Shown: piece after piece, positions 43,001 through 52,172 of the stretch
Layout: each line of letters starts with the position of its first letter
Position numbering within the stretch: position 1 is the stretch's first letter
Virus record (IMG/VR): IMGVR_UViG_3300020530_000006
Length of the DNA: 64,000 nt
Direction: 5' to 3' (one strand)
DNA from: a virus
The notes under the pieces: model-generated
Database searches by the model: none
What the model was told of the DNA's origin: nothing
The model's input: the letters and a program-made list of their open reading frames with translations, nothing else
Program-made: the position numbers and the translations under genes

Positions 43001-46000
43001 TTATTGCTTGATTATATTGATCAATTGCTTGGGTCATTTTAGCGTCCGGACCGCCAACTCCTATTAATCCTCGTATAACTTCTGGATCTACCTTTAATCC
43101 GGCCTTTTGTAAAATATTAATAATATTATTATAGAATTTTTCTGTTGCTGCTTCTCTTTCTAATGGATCCATACCAGCAATTCTTGTTCTAAAGGCTTCA
43201 AGTGCTGGGCCTATATCATATATAGTGCCTGCTCCTTGATCAACTCTAACGAGAGAGCCAACTTGACTAGTAAATTCCGATATCCATTCTGGATTATTTA
43301 GATTTTTAAGTATTTCATCAAAGGTTCCTCGTCTACTTTCTTGTGCTTGTCGTAGTTCTCCGATTCTAGTAAGAGCATTAGAAGCTCTTGTGGTATTATT
43401 AGCAAGCATTTCTTGTGCTTTAGCAAGCCTATCGACCGTTGTTTTATTTTTGGCTAATCTAGTGTAAAATTCATCTAAACTTTCACCCTTTTGCTGACCA
43501 CCCGCTTGTGTTTGAGCAAGTTCTTTGTCTGCTTGAGCTAATCTACGAGCTATCTCTTCTGGATCTAGGGTTCCGGTTCCACGAACAATTCCATTCGGTC
43601 CCTGAGTACTTGTTAAAGAGTCTATAGCGTTTTCAAATGGTCTATTTAATTCTGTTACTGAAACTCCTTTGCCAAGAGCTTGTTTAAGATTATTAGCAGC
43701 ATCTAATTCGATAGAAGATGCTTGGATTTGTAAATCTAAAATTCTACCAAGATGATTGGTATAATTATTCATTTCATTATTGGTTGCGCTTAGCATGTCA
43801 TTGAATGCTTTCAACGAAGACTCAACAGTTGATGTAACATCAGCCAATGGCTTTAATAATCCTTGTAATTCCGGTACACTAGCAGCAATCTCTTCGAAAC
43901 TCTTTCCTTGTAGTGATGTTGCTGATTTACCAAGAGCGGTAACAACATTTTTTAATGCTGTATCTAGAGTTGTTGAATCTATTTCTTCTCCTAGTGCTGC
44001 CTTTAATGGATCAAACACCTCTGTTATTCTGTCTGTAACAGATTGATCTACTTCTCCTCCAGGAGTTTTTTGAGATTGAGCAGCCTCTAGTAGAATTCGT
44101 GGTAACTCCGATTCTAATGTTTGCTGTGCTACAGCGCTAGTTTTTATTTGTTTGCTAAATTCTGGAGAAAATCCCAAAGTTTCTGATGTTCTATCTAATG
44201 CTTGAACAAGTTCGTCTGTAGAATATGCTGTTAAATTACCTAATACATTTTCATCTAATCTTGATGGACCAACTATTTTGGCATCTCCTAGACCAGAGGA
44301 TGTTGCTATGTCTCGTAATCTACCAGCTTCTGCAAATTCAGCATCGGCCCTACTTATAACCCCTCCTAATTTTTTAATCTGTTGAGCGAACATATCTATT
44401 TCAACGCTCACAGCTTTTGCTGCTGCTGCATTTTTATTACGAGTCTCTATTTCTTTTAATTCTTCCGAGGACAATCTGTCTATAGCTGCTGCTCTTTTTG
44501 CATTCAAAGCTTCTAGTTTTCTTGTTTTTTCTTCTTCTGCTGTCTCAACAGTACCATTTGCTCTAATGTCTCCTCCAGTATAACGCTTAGTTTCTGCCGC
44601 AGCAATATCTGCTTCTATTTTTGTAACTTCGTCTTTGCCTCTAGCAATTGCTAGTGTTCTTTTTGTTTCAGGATTAGCATCTGCTCCTGTAAGTTTCAGA
44701 TTTTTAAAAACGTCTTCTAAAGATATTCCGGATGTTAATTGTGTTTCTATGGCTCTTTGTAACGCGGTTGCTTGTGGTAAAGATTCAGATAAAAGATTTC
44801 TATTAAGGGCTGTTGTATCTATTGTTTCTGGTGTTGTTCCAAAATATGTTTCTGAAAAATTAGCGGACGCGTCCCTAAAAAACTCTCCAATAAATCTTCC
44901 TATGGTTCCTTCTTCTAGTCCTAATAAGCCTTGTGACTCTCTGGTAACAATTTGTCTATTTTCAGCCCCAGATGACATAATAGCCATAAGAGCATTACTA
45001 GCGTCGGATATATTGCTTGCTGTGTCTCCAACATTTTGTGAAAGATTTTGTAGTGCTTTTTCAAGTTTAGATGATTCGGTTTCTATTTTTAGTTCGTTCT
45101 GGGCTTTAGTATAAGCGTCTGCTGCCGATTCGGCATTTATAAAAGCAGAAGCTAGTCCAGCAGCAGCTCCAACAATAGCTCCGGGAGCACCAAAAGCTGA
45201 ACCAACAGTAGCCCCAGAAACAACAGATGTTATCCCAGCACCAACAACAGCTCCGGTTTTACCAAAATTTTTAGTTACAGAAGAATTAATAGCTTCTGCT
45301 ATCATTGGCCCAATAAACATCAAGCCTAGAGATTTTAATCCGCCACCACTATCATTAGTTTGATTCGCTGTTTGATTGGCTGCTTTTTGATTTCTACTTC
45401 TCATATTATTTATGCCGCCAGTGGCATATCCGGCATTAACCATTGCGGCTTTCAAAGCAGCTCCAGACAACCCTTGCTGTCTAAATGTCGCCACTTGTTG
45501 AGCGGCCATATTTTTTGTAACGGTTGCGGTAGTGGTAGATAGTTGATTAAAACTAGGTATTAATTTAGAAATAACCGACACTAATCCACTAAATACTTGA
45601 GCCATACCACCGGCCGCAAAACTTTGAACTCCTCCACCACCAGCAAAACTTTGTATATTTCCGACAGCTCCACCCTTATTAAATCCTTGTGTTTTATCAG
45701 CTTTATTAAGTTGATGTAATTTGGATGAACCTATTCTTTTTGCCGCTTTTTTATTTATAACAAATTCGCCAGGAGTTAATAGTGCCGGAACAGTATCTTG
45801 TCCAGAAATTGAACCACCCGTAGCATTAGCAGATATTAATCCTGCTGATTTTAATTTTTCAATAAGTTTACTATTGGTCGCCAACGCATTATCAAGAACA
45901 TTGCCTGTTGCTTTTGGCATTTTTCTACCAATATTAGGCAATCCGAATTCACCTAATACACTATTAAGTTGTGTTTGATTTGTTGGACTTTTTTTAGCAA

Positions 46001-48932
46001 TATCAAATAGATTCTGAGCGGTAAAAGCATTAGGAGCTAATTTTATTGATTTAGAAAATTCTCCTTTATTTACTGCTTTAGTAAATCTAGATATCTGATC
46101 AACAAAACTTGATATACCTTTACCAACGCCTCCGGAAGTTCTTGTTGCATCAGTTGGTACATCTGTTGGAAATTGACCAAACAATTTAGAAGCAGTACCT
46201 AGGCCAAATGGAAAATCTATAGATTTTAATGATTCTACCTTATCAATAAATGGAGCACCAACCATTTGTAAAGCGGCTTCAAATATGCTTCCAGTAGCAC
46301 TACTTAATACTGCTCCACTTAAAATATTTTTTTCTAAGTTTCCAGATGCTGGTGTTGCTTTTATGGATGATGCTAATGCTTTACCAGTATTTACAATCAC
46401 TCCTTCTAAACTATCAACGATATCTTTTTCAATATTGCCATATTGAGATTTATTGTCTGATAAAGCTCCGACATGAATTCTTGCTCTTTTACCAGTATCT
46501 TTAATTGGCCTATTCTCTATCCTACCTCCTTTGGAAGTACCTGACTTTAACGATACTAATCCAAAATTATAATTGCCTTGTCTATCAATCATATTTCTAT
46601 TAATTAGATTTTCAAAACTACCAGCATCCTCAACCTGAGATTTTAATTGTGGACTAAGTTCTTGAACCTTGGCTCCTTTTTTAAATTTTTGAACTATACC
46701 ACCATTATTAAATGGATATAGTTGCATAAATTTTTGTTTTTGTCCACGCCCCATCTCTATGGTATCTAAATTACCAATATTCACATCATCTGTATTTGGA
46801 GTAAAATTATATCTAGAAAGAGTATTTTGTTGATATTTATATCTAAATAATTTACTTAAAAGATCTAGTATTGGAACTTTTTTACTAGTAAATTTAACTT
46901 CAGTAGGATTTTTTCTACCAATAATATCAACAGGATAACTTTGTGGAGTTCTTGTTCCTCCATAAAATTTTTCAACACCTGTTTCGAAAGCGTCTCCAGC
47001 AGCTATATCTTTTAGTTTTTTATCGGATGCTTTAGGACTTTTTTGTTTTAATTGAAGATATCTCTGTTTTGCGTTGTTTTGAATAAATGTCCACTTAGGA
47101 TCATTTGGTTTAATGGTTTCTGATTTACGATTAATATTTCCTCTAATGCTGTCATTTGGTTGTATTTTTGAGCTATATGCTTTTTTAATTGTTTCCGAAC
47201 CACTTCTTCTTTCTAAATCTTTTAATTTAACCGGGCCTCCACCAGCATATTTATTCATATTCTTCAAACCATTAAGACCAATTGCTTGTACTGCTTTTTT
47301 ACGAATAACAAATTCGCCAGGAGTTAACATAGCAGGAACGGTATCTCTATTTCCTGATCCTGGTACATATCCACCACTAGCAAACGCTCTTACTGGTCCA
47401 CCATCATTTTTTCGAGCTATGTTTCTACCAAAACCACCAACAAATTGACCAATCGCAGGGATGGCTTTTATAGCTGTTAGTGCTGCTATTGCTGGTAAAA
47501 CTTCTTTAGCCGCAGAAGCCACGCTTATAAGAGCGCTCGCTAATTGAAGAGAAATATCCACAAATCTTTGAAAGTTTTTACTTTGTCCTATATCACGAAT
47601 TAAAGCTATAAATTCTTCTCTGACTTTTGTAATTTTATTAGCTAAAGATATTTGTGCTATTGCTGCATCTTCAGCCAAAGATCCGGCTCCTCTTTGAGCG
47701 ACCCCTAGAGCCTGTTGAGCAACCGTGAATTGTTGAATAAGAGGAATAACCTTGCCGATTTGTCGGAAGCCACCAAGTTCTTCTACTATTTTATTAAATC
47801 TAAGATCTCTTGGATCTAATAATTTTAAGCCTTCGCTAAGTCTTCTGATTGCTTCGTATGGTCCAACGAATTTACCTTCTAAATCTGTTAAAACAACACC
47901 ATATTCTTTTAGTGCTTCTATGGTGCTTCCTCTTTGAATTCTTGTAAAGATAGTTCTTAAACCAGTAGCAATTGTTTCTGCACTTTCACGAGTGGTTTGA
48001 CGAACACTTGTAAATACAGCAATAAATTCATTAAGAGCGTCTTTGCCTTGGCTAACTCCTTTACTAGCAGCAGCGAACACACCGCCCGTTCTTTGAATAG
48101 CTTTAATAATATCTCCTGATTCTACCGCGAACGCAGCAGCAACAGCATTTACAGAACCAAGCGAACTTTCTAGATCACTAGCACTAATACCGAACTGTCT
48201 CATTAAAGCGATACTACCTTCTACGGTATCATTTAAATTATCGAAAGACGGAGCTAATGCGGATTTAGCTAAGGCTTCTAATGCCGTTTTTGTTTCTGTC
48301 GCACTTAAACCAGCCTGGGCGAGTGTTGAACTCACGGTCAATAAGTCTGAACTTGTCACACCAAGACTAGTGGATAGTCTGGTTATTTCGTTAGTGATGC
48401 CTTTCAATCCGTTTTCTGTTGCTCCAGTAACTTGTTGTAGTTTAACAAGTTCTTTATTAAAATTTAAGAATTCTCCATAGGCAGAGGCTACTGCTCTACT
48501 TAGCGCATATATGCCTCCGGTAGCAACACTAAACGCTGCGAATCTTCTGACCGCAAGAGCTGACTGCTTACCAAACTCTTCCATCTGTGATGTTATTTGA
48601 GCAGTGCTTTTTCTAGCATTATTAACTTGATTAGCTATATTATTTACGCCACCACCAAGATTATTCATTCCTCTAGAGGCATTTCCAATAGCTGTTCCAA
48701 GATTACTTAGAGCAGTATTTAAATTAGCAGCATTGGTTGATGCGCTTTTCAATGCAGCATTTAGTGACTGTATATTTCCGGTAGCTTGTTGTATGCTAGA
48801 TAGTGATCTAGGATTAATATTAAGATCAAGAGTTACTGTTGATAATTGACGACGAATATCAGATACAACTTTACTAAGATTGGACGGTCCTCTTAGATTA
48901 ATTTCCGCGGTTAGATTAAAAGCTGATGCCAT
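37062..48932 (-). CDS. Tail tape measure protein (3956 aa, multidomain)
   Basis: N-terminal TP901-type TMP core (LAQAGL, FAVES.D, ESAETIATGLRTIFTRI, GGFRQ), long Ala/Gly helical regions, five DTVPAMLTPGEFV motifs; follows the tube and chaperone genes. Confidence 0.9.
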   Translation of the reverse strand: MASAFNLTAEINLRGPSNLSKVVSDIRRQLSTVTLDLNINPRSLSSIQQATGNIQSLNAALKSASTNAANLNTALSNLGTAIGNASRGMNNLGGGVNNIANQVNNARKSTAQITSQMEEFGKQSALAVRRFAAFSVATGGIYALSRAVASAYGEFLNFNKELVKLQQVTGATENGLKGITNEITRLSTSLGVTSSDLLTVSSTLAQAGLSATETKTALEALAKSALAPSFDNLNDTVEGSIALMRQFGISASDLESSLGSVNAVAAAFAVESGDIIKAIQRTGGVFAAASKGVSQGKDALNEFIAVFTSVRQTTRESAETIATGLRTIFTRIQRGSTIEALKEYGVVLTDLEGKFVGPYEAIRRLSEGLKLLDPRDLRFNKIVEELGGFRQIGKVIPLIQQFTVAQQALGVAQRGAGSLAEDAAIAQISLANKITKVREEFIALIRDIGQSKNFQRFVDISLQLASALISVASAAKEVLPAIAALTAIKAIPAIGQFVGGFGRNIARKNDGGPVRAFASGGYVPGSGNRDTVPAMLTPGEFVIRKKAVQAIGLNGLKNMNKYAGGGPVKLKDLERRSGSETIKKAYSSKIQPNDSIRGNINRKSETIKPNDPKWTFIQNNAKQRYLQLKQKSPKASDKKLKDIAAGDAFETGVEKFYGGTRTPQSYPVDIIGRKNPTEVKFTSKKVPILDLLSKLFRYKYQQNTLSRYNFTPNTDDVNIGNLDTIEMGRGQKQKFMQLYPFNNGGIVQKFKKGAKVQELSPQLKSQVEDAGSFENLINRNMIDRQGNYNFGLVSLKSGTSKGGRIENRPIKDTGKRARIHVGALSDNKSQYGNIEKDIVDSLEGVIVNTGKALASSIKATPASGNLEKNILSGAVLSSATGSIFEAALQMVGAPFIDKVESLKSIDFPFGLGTASKLFGQFPTDVPTDATRTSGGVGKGISSFVDQISRFTKAVNKGEFSKSIKLAPNAFTAQNLFDIAKKSPTNQTQLNSVLGEFGLPNIGRKMPKATGNVLDNALATNSKLIEKLKSAGLISANATGGSISGQDTVPALLTPGEFVINKKAAKRIGSSKLHQLNKADKTQGFNKGGAVGNIQSFAGGGGVQSFAAGGMAQVFSGLVSVISKLIPSFNQLSTTTATVTKNMAAQQVATFRQQGLSGAALKAAMVNAGYATGGINNMRSRNQKAANQTANQTNDSGGGLKSLGLMFIGPMIAEAINSSVTKNFGKTGAVVGAGITSVVSGATVGSAFGAPGAIVGAAAGLASAFINAESAADAYTKAQNELKIETESSKLEKALQNLSQNVGDTASNISDASNALMAIMSSGAENRQIVTRESQGLLGLEEGTIGRFIGEFFRDASANFSETYFGTTPETIDTTALNRNLLSESLPQATALQRAIETQLTSGISLEDVFKNLKLTGADANPETKRTLAIARGKDEVTKIEADIAAAETKRYTGGDIRANGTVETAEEEKTRKLEALNAKRAAAIDRLSSEELKEIETRNKNAAAAKAVSVEIDMFAQQIKKLGGVISRADAEFAEAGRLRDIATSSGLGDAKIVGPSRLDENVLGNLTAYSTDELVQALDRTSETLGFSPEFSKQIKTSAVAQQTLESELPRILLEAAQSQKTPGGEVDQSVTDRITEVFDPLKAALGEEIDSTTLDTALKNVVTALGKSATSLQGKSFEEIAASVPELQGLLKPLADVTSTVESSLKAFNDMLSATNNEMNNYTNHLGRILDLQIQASSIELDAANNLKQALGKGVSVTELNRPFENAIDSLTSTQGPNGIVRGTGTLDPEEIARRLAQADKELAQTQAGGQQKGESLDEFYTRLAKNKTTVDRLAKAQEMLANNTTRASNALTRIGELRQAQESRRGTFDEILKNLNNPEWISEFTSQVGSLVRVDQGAGTIYDIGPALEAFRTRIAGMDPLEREAATEKFYNNIINILQKAGLKVDPEVIRGLIGVGGPDAKMTQAIDQYNQAIKAQTDATLLLSERMEDSSEILKTKVIEAADAFLDRIKNAGDLPLEARPVGVGIDGNPANVAGYASRGGMIYASKGQLVNFQPKGTDTVPAMLTPGEFVVNARATKKNMGLLKSINNGSNNTGYSKGGMVYLADGGVIDINKGKQLFSKFLTSSGDDKYYADLLGSGSQADLDAIFKDLRATSERPLGYESLAPEDIESVDAAINEFIKNYEFGRSKAANAEGDKVREARAADAPRLAQLQAEELRKAVNAGIVSADDLGIRDGDYSTASRPLSIDERDKLRQAQINAQAAEREQQRKQEFEGRFAEIEKTKRQMETVKQADTQARTEINPLTKKPFSSDAEKQGVLARQAFEAQQKVLSDDKARKLRLKEETKMYQAESFGASLVDMYRNSSYYNQTSDPILREFIENRIREQTPSIYGTDWDRRRVNVPLAKSRSSLRARIGEIVTSATVEYNRQGRARQEMVAKSQEDFAKKNMDTALQQFGEGVDKSPVLAAVSAVPKNVANVIRTTVGGAGVLAGGLTYGAGKLTGSDMLTQFGQELAKSGGAQAGMGIEGIRQVGSGLGSRLGFGEAYGTAEQEAMKRREALISQEVERASGAYQTDNRTTLGNLLTPENVVRGAITTGDIFGEAAGDIGGEKLFGRLFPNAFKGMAKSVGPRPPTPVKTTTASADLFDNTNVRFPTGASSDIANRTTSGTGTNFANMTANLLDQKASTEFGQTVGRGLGILGGGIKKGFFGGVDLAEKGLAGLQDFTGKALMGTASISGKSVMGAASIAGKGVMGAGKGAMGAARGLLQFEKSPILNSLRKIGVLPKIDWMKKQARKTARAQGAGRFGLGEKIMGFGENISNIFRDRSTRKWFENLQKQQKLSENPLEDLVKLGSEKRTKTTQPIPETPKPITQIEQPKPITQEKPLSFGDAIRARAAEQGITVEQKLEELRNLFPEGRSTIKSGLSSPIGARSSKSIKDIALSSKAKAYAENIPQAQRDAFEALSRNVNPDKQEAFLIDMLEKASADELAWIDDPAAFETHLNKVANKWSTNFRARGLPDTSSYIKKAKGIFTKKGSVSSNPVIGVGPGSQMSTGVHESTHFAAGMAGKLNMTYDELKKMVDPKLLDSFLDTEYNDIAKGLNSAYNAKFVRNPNSNVAGAEFFTTLNQAAFDPATKDLFEKSSKAQEILRQMWKAHGYKKGGTVYASKGTLVPYQPRGTDTVPAMLTPGEFVVNARATKNNLGLLRSINGGAKGYSKGGVAYLQDGGDVQKPEQKDGDGLLGMRHLGEGMDLLFASSFTDQNLTPEQFEYAAKEIETGLGWIKGQSELSPNTIDNQAVMDFETAIMSLIQSSGEEISKMSNIEFDAWRTPYNDAYNKLKQSLQNRQGPPTYILDDMVSLFDNQTPTPTQQPAGVSAPQTIGSKLIGMLPESIRGVVGTTAASIQTMQSMNTKAEEMLENVSGAQPDYYDEPTYREFIKGLVGMTPPQPPVPPIKDKFITDARYIKKADEELFGETTPGKTQRITGLDTREKGKIVQSDNDETAQTEQKNRENIFAIKEFDRLRSELLIRAQEQSLEEDPLKTDTTTYLTAVNDYIKNNFGKTIESFEEFGLPSIYSLEDFKNKSLETFLVPKDFDKKRFEEKKKADAAWALENNAEDPFKNRKLSGVREGDLSSLSLGLKAGSALVGELGNESNKIVGYKSAYSQYKDSLAFYKVQRGKFNYSSMQEDKRKNYEDSKKNKQLAYQQEMERRRTQNMSTGGIVYASKGQLVNYQPRGTDTVPAMLTPGEFVVNRKATRQNLGLLQQINSQNYNTGGMVKPKYFADGGVNGGNISSSGGSSGGVLSIDTSNLDGSFSSFDSIVGQLSGSIQEFVSGGSAIISGFGALDSIVSGFTALSTAAALLGGASTGLTTSIGEFNTAVGRLQSALDGIPDSISLNVTGSIPVNVTVTVNGGQGLGEKLEQFADDIYNTISTELSNKTNGGIKLDLRTSKK
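37670..47350 (-). repeat. Five dispersed copies of a D-T-V-P-A-[ML]-L-T-P-G-E-F-V module within the tape measure gene
   Basis: Copies at about 47300-47350, 45755-45800, 42705-42800, 39345-39440 and 37670-37770; the last three share YASKG.LV..QP.GT upstream. Confidence 0.9.
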
Positions 48933-48964
48933 ATGGTGTTCCTTTTAAATCTAGTATAAAATAC

Positions 48965-48991
48965 AAAAAGGCACGCGTATACAACGTGCCT
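48965..48991 (-). terminator. Rho-independent terminator/attenuator between chaperone and tape measure genes
   Basis: Minus strand AGGCACG-loop-CGTGCCT followed by a T run. Confidence 0.65.
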
Positions 48992-49020
48992 GATTGTATT
49001 CAATCTTTAAAGTTAAATTA

Positions 49021-49908
49021 TCAAGAGTCCACAGATACTGGCTTAGTTTCATTAACCAATTCTGTTTTAGGCTCTTCTGGAGTCTGGGGTTTTGGTTGAA
49101 CTTCAGCACTATCTTCGACAATAGGATTACCATCATCATCAGTAAATGGTTTAAAGTCGGTGATGTAGTCTCCATTTTCATCAACAAGGTTTCCGTTTTT
49201 GTCAACATATTCCCCTTTTTCGTTAATAAATCTTCCAAAAGTATCTATTAGTCTACCATCACTATCAACAAGTTTTCCTTCTGCGTTTACCAAACGTAAT
49301 TTATCATCCACAAACTTATACTTAATTAAAAATTTATTTTCTGGTAATTTCTTTTCGTAATCATTATCCAGGCCGTAAAGCATATTCGCCAAGACTTGAG
49401 CCGCTTTGATCGCTATAGGCTCTGCGGCTTTTGACAAATATTCTTCATAACTCTTAAAATACTTCTTGTCTTTATTAGATGAATACACCAAGCAGGCAGA
49501 TATTAAATAGTTAAATCTAGCATTATCAGCTTGACCTTCTGCTGTGTGATTATCCAAATTGGTTCTAACAGAGATCAGCTCTCTCATGTCCTCTCTGAGA
49601 CCTTTCATTTTAATGGCTATCTCTTTAGCCGATTTTAGATTAATACCACCTTTGGATAGTGTCTTTTCATAATCTAATATCTGTTGTTGCAAGGTATTGA
49701 ACTTGACCTGTTTGTTATCATCCCACAGACCTTGTTCTTTTAATAGATCATCTAGTCTAGCTCGTACAATACATCCTGACTTTACAGCATCAGAGAAGGC
49801 TTGATTATATACCTTCTGGGCCTCTCTCTGATCCCCTAGAGAGGGAGATTTAATTGTAAAGTCCTGTTCTGAACCATCAATAAAAAATTTAAAAGAATCT
49901 AAGTTCAT
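49021..49908 (-). CDS. Putative tail assembly chaperone
   Basis: Directly upstream of the tape measure gene; helical with acidic tail; contains [VI][DN]xxGx[LFY] heptad repeats. Confidence 0.5.
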   Translation of the reverse strand: MNLDSFKFFIDGSEQDFTIKSPSLGDQREAQKVYNQAFSDAVKSGCIVRARLDDLLKEQGLWDDNKQVKFNTLQQQILDYEKTLSKGGINLKSAKEIAIKMKGLREDMRELISVRTNLDNHTAEGQADNARFNYLISACLVYSSNKDKKYFKSYEEYLSKAAEPIAIKAAQVLANMLYGLDNDYEKKLPENKFLIKYKFVDDKLRLVNAEGKLVDSDGRLIDTFGRFINEKGEYVDKNGNLVDENGDYITDFKPFTDDDGNPIVEDSAEVQPKPQTPEEPKTELVNETKPVSVDS

Positions 49909-49911
49909 AAT

Positions 49912-50214
49912 TTACTCCTTATTTGTCTTGTTATTAATAATAAAATGATATCTAAATATTTCGTTTTCCTTTTCTATATAATCTATAATTTCATCAATAG
50001 CTTCTCTCATTTGATTATTGCCATGATTAAGTATAGATGTTCTAGTATATTCCCATAGTTCAGCAAGCTCTTCTTGTTTATCTGTTAATTTACCATCGGA
50101 ATTATGGTTCCAAAGGTGTCCAAAATTATCTTCAAATCTAGCGAGGCATCCAATCATTGTGGTTTGAAATCTTTTACTTATACTATTAACTATTCCTTTT
50201 CTATTATTTTTCAT
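49912..50214 (-). CDS. Hypothetical protein
   Basis: 100-aa ORF in the tail operon. Confidence 0.65.
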   Translation of the reverse strand: MKNNRKGIVNSISKRFQTTMIGCLARFEDNFGHLWNHNSDGKLTDKQEELAELWEYTRTSILNHGNNQMREAIDEIIDYIEKENEIFRYHFIINNKTNKE

Positions 50215-50216
50215 AA

Positions 50217-51239
50217 TTATTTCCTTCTAGAACTAATTTCTTGTTTTACATTTTCTTTTACAAAATTCAAATCTTGCCACTTAGTTTCTTTTTGCTGACT
50301 AGCAGCAATCATTTCTTGTATTTGTTGTTTTCCTTTGTCGTCATTCACACTAAATATTTCTTGTGATTCTTTGGCGTCGTTTGTTATTAAGAATATTTCA
50401 TCTTTATTTTTATTTTTATCACCAACCTTGCCAAGAATAGCGTTTTTCTTCTTTTCCTTTTCTGCTTTTCTATTTTGATGTAAAAACCATCCATCTAAAG
50501 CATCATCATCTTTTATTATATCCTCAGATGGAGATTCTTGGTGTTGTCTAGCATTATCATACATCTTATGTAAACCTATTAAATGTCTATAGTCATCATT
50601 TATATCTAAAAAATTCATAATTAAATTTGCACAATTAGAGTAGGATCTCCATAGGTCGGACTTTACTACTAATCTAAGCTTGGTCGCATCAATAGTATTG
50701 ATAACTATCTCATGAATAAATTTTTGTAAATATAAACTATCATGGGTTTCTTTTTCTGGATTATCAAAATACAATTTATCATCAAGATAGATAGTGTTCA
50801 TTATAATAAATTCGTTTTTAATAGAGAGAGCTTGTTCTTCTATGCCCAAATGATTCATTGATGTTTTTTGAGTATATTGTTGATTGATTAACTTATTTAG
50901 TGTTTTTATGCTATTTTTTATGTTCTTTTTTTTCTTCTCATTTATATAATTTAAATATAGATCTATTTTTAGATCCTCTAAAATTTTATTATTATTTTCC
51001 AGTTCTTCTTCTTTAGTCTTGTTCCATATATTATTATGATCCAAATAAATAGATATCTCTGCTGGAGTTAACCATGCTTTGTCATATTTATTGTCCTCTA
51101 TAATTTTTTCATATAATAATTGAGCTTTATATTTTATATCCAAACTAGGATAAATAATTTTATAAGTTATATTATGTATAACTATATAGTAGTATCCTAA
51201 TAAAATTCTGTATAGAATTTTTTCTACATCTATTTCCAT
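50217..51239 (-). CDS. Hypothetical protein, possible tail assembly chaperone
   Basis: Between the tube genes and the tape measure; C-terminal MYDN...SPSEDIIKDDDALDGWF. Confidence 0.45.
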   Translation of the reverse strand: MEIDVEKILYRILLGYYYIVIHNITYKIIYPSLDIKYKAQLLYEKIIEDNKYDKAWLTPAEISIYLDHNNIWNKTKEEELENNNKILEDLKIDLYLNYINEKKKKNIKNSIKTLNKLINQQYTQKTSMNHLGIEEQALSIKNEFIIMNTIYLDDKLYFDNPEKETHDSLYLQKFIHEIVINTIDATKLRLVVKSDLWRSYSNCANLIMNFLDINDDYRHLIGLHKMYDNARQHQESPSEDIIKDDDALDGWFLHQNRKAEKEKKKNAILGKVGDKNKNKDEIFLITNDAKESQEIFSVNDDKGKQQIQEMIAASQQKETKWQDLNFVKENVKQEISSRRK

Positions 51240-51242
51240 AAT

Positions 51243-52139
51243 CTACGCACACGGATCATTTATGGGCATTATTGTAACTGGTTTTATATTTTGACTATTA
51301 GTAACTTTATAACTAGTAAATGTAGCCGATAGTGTTTGATTGCTGTTTGAACCAGCGTCTGCTCCAGAATAATTTAAATTCGTCAAATATGCTTCTGGTA
51401 TTGTAATGCTACCTCCTCCACAGTTTAAAGATATAGTAATATTTTGTTTGTAGGTTGAAGGATTTTGACACGCAGACTGTAGAGCATCTATGGTATAGGT
51501 GTCTACAGATTGTGTCAGAACCTCAAAAGTTACTGTTGTTTCTAGAGGAAAATTAACATAACTTGCATATGGTTTTCTTGTTGCGAATTCGTTAACTGGT
51601 GTTCTATTTATAGTAAAATTAATTGAAATATTTTGAAGTGCCTGTTGCCCCAATCCGGCGGGTAGTCCGCTAGCAAAGGCTTGTCTTCTGAGAACAGTTC
51701 CTGTGGATTCTGCTGCTAATCCAGCGGCTGATCCTGTCAATTTAGAAAATCCTATATATTTTCTTTCCACAGTAAATGGAGCATCCACTGGTAAATTATA
51801 GGTTACACTATTTAATAGGGCAAACGAGCATCTCGCTGTTGATTTATTACCAGAAAGGAATGGGGCGGTATCGTCTCCTATAATCAAGTCAAATCCTGTT
51901 GGATCATTGATGCCATTTTCAGAAGCAAACCCGGTAAGACTAGATAAATATTGAGAGTATGTAAACTCTACATTTGGCATTTCACCATAAGTTGATACGG
52001 GATCTCTTCTGCCTCTAGCAAAAATATTGCTAAATGCTCTGTTCAGAGATAAAGATCCTGAAATAACTCTCTGGTATGCTGCTGATTTGCACTCAGCAAC
52101 ACCCAAACATCCATAAAATACTCTGTTGTTTCCTGGCAC
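51243..52139 (-). CDS. Tail tube-like protein 2
   Basis: GTG start; paralogous to 52173-53066 (NRVFY, RRQ...LP, ITIN..R, VNFPLE.T..FEV, L......G.D.G..N). Confidence 0.65.
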   Translation of the reverse strand: MPGNNRVFYGCLGVAECKSAAYQRVISGSLSLNRAFSNIFARGRRDPVSTYGEMPNVEFTYSQYLSSLTGFASENGINDPTGFDLIIGDDTAPFLSGNKSTARCSFALLNSVTYNLPVDAPFTVERKYIGFSKLTGSAAGLAAESTGTVLRRQAFASGLPAGLGQQALQNISINFTINRTPVNEFATRKPYASYVNFPLETTVTFEVLTQSVDTYTIDALQSACQNPSTYKQNITISLNCGGGSITIPEAYLTNLNYSGADAGSNSNQTLSATFTSYKVTNSQNIKPVTIMPINDPCA

Positions 52140-52172
52140 AAACTTTTCCTTTGAGTTTGTTTATATATCGAA

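Noticed and set aside
48951-49238. Overlapping 95-aa minus-strand ORF as a lambda G/GT-style frameshift extension of the chaperone
   Set aside because: It is in the +1 frame rather than -1, I saw no X XXY YYZ slippery site, its Leu/Met-rich composition looks like a shadow frame, and it runs through the terminator hairpin.
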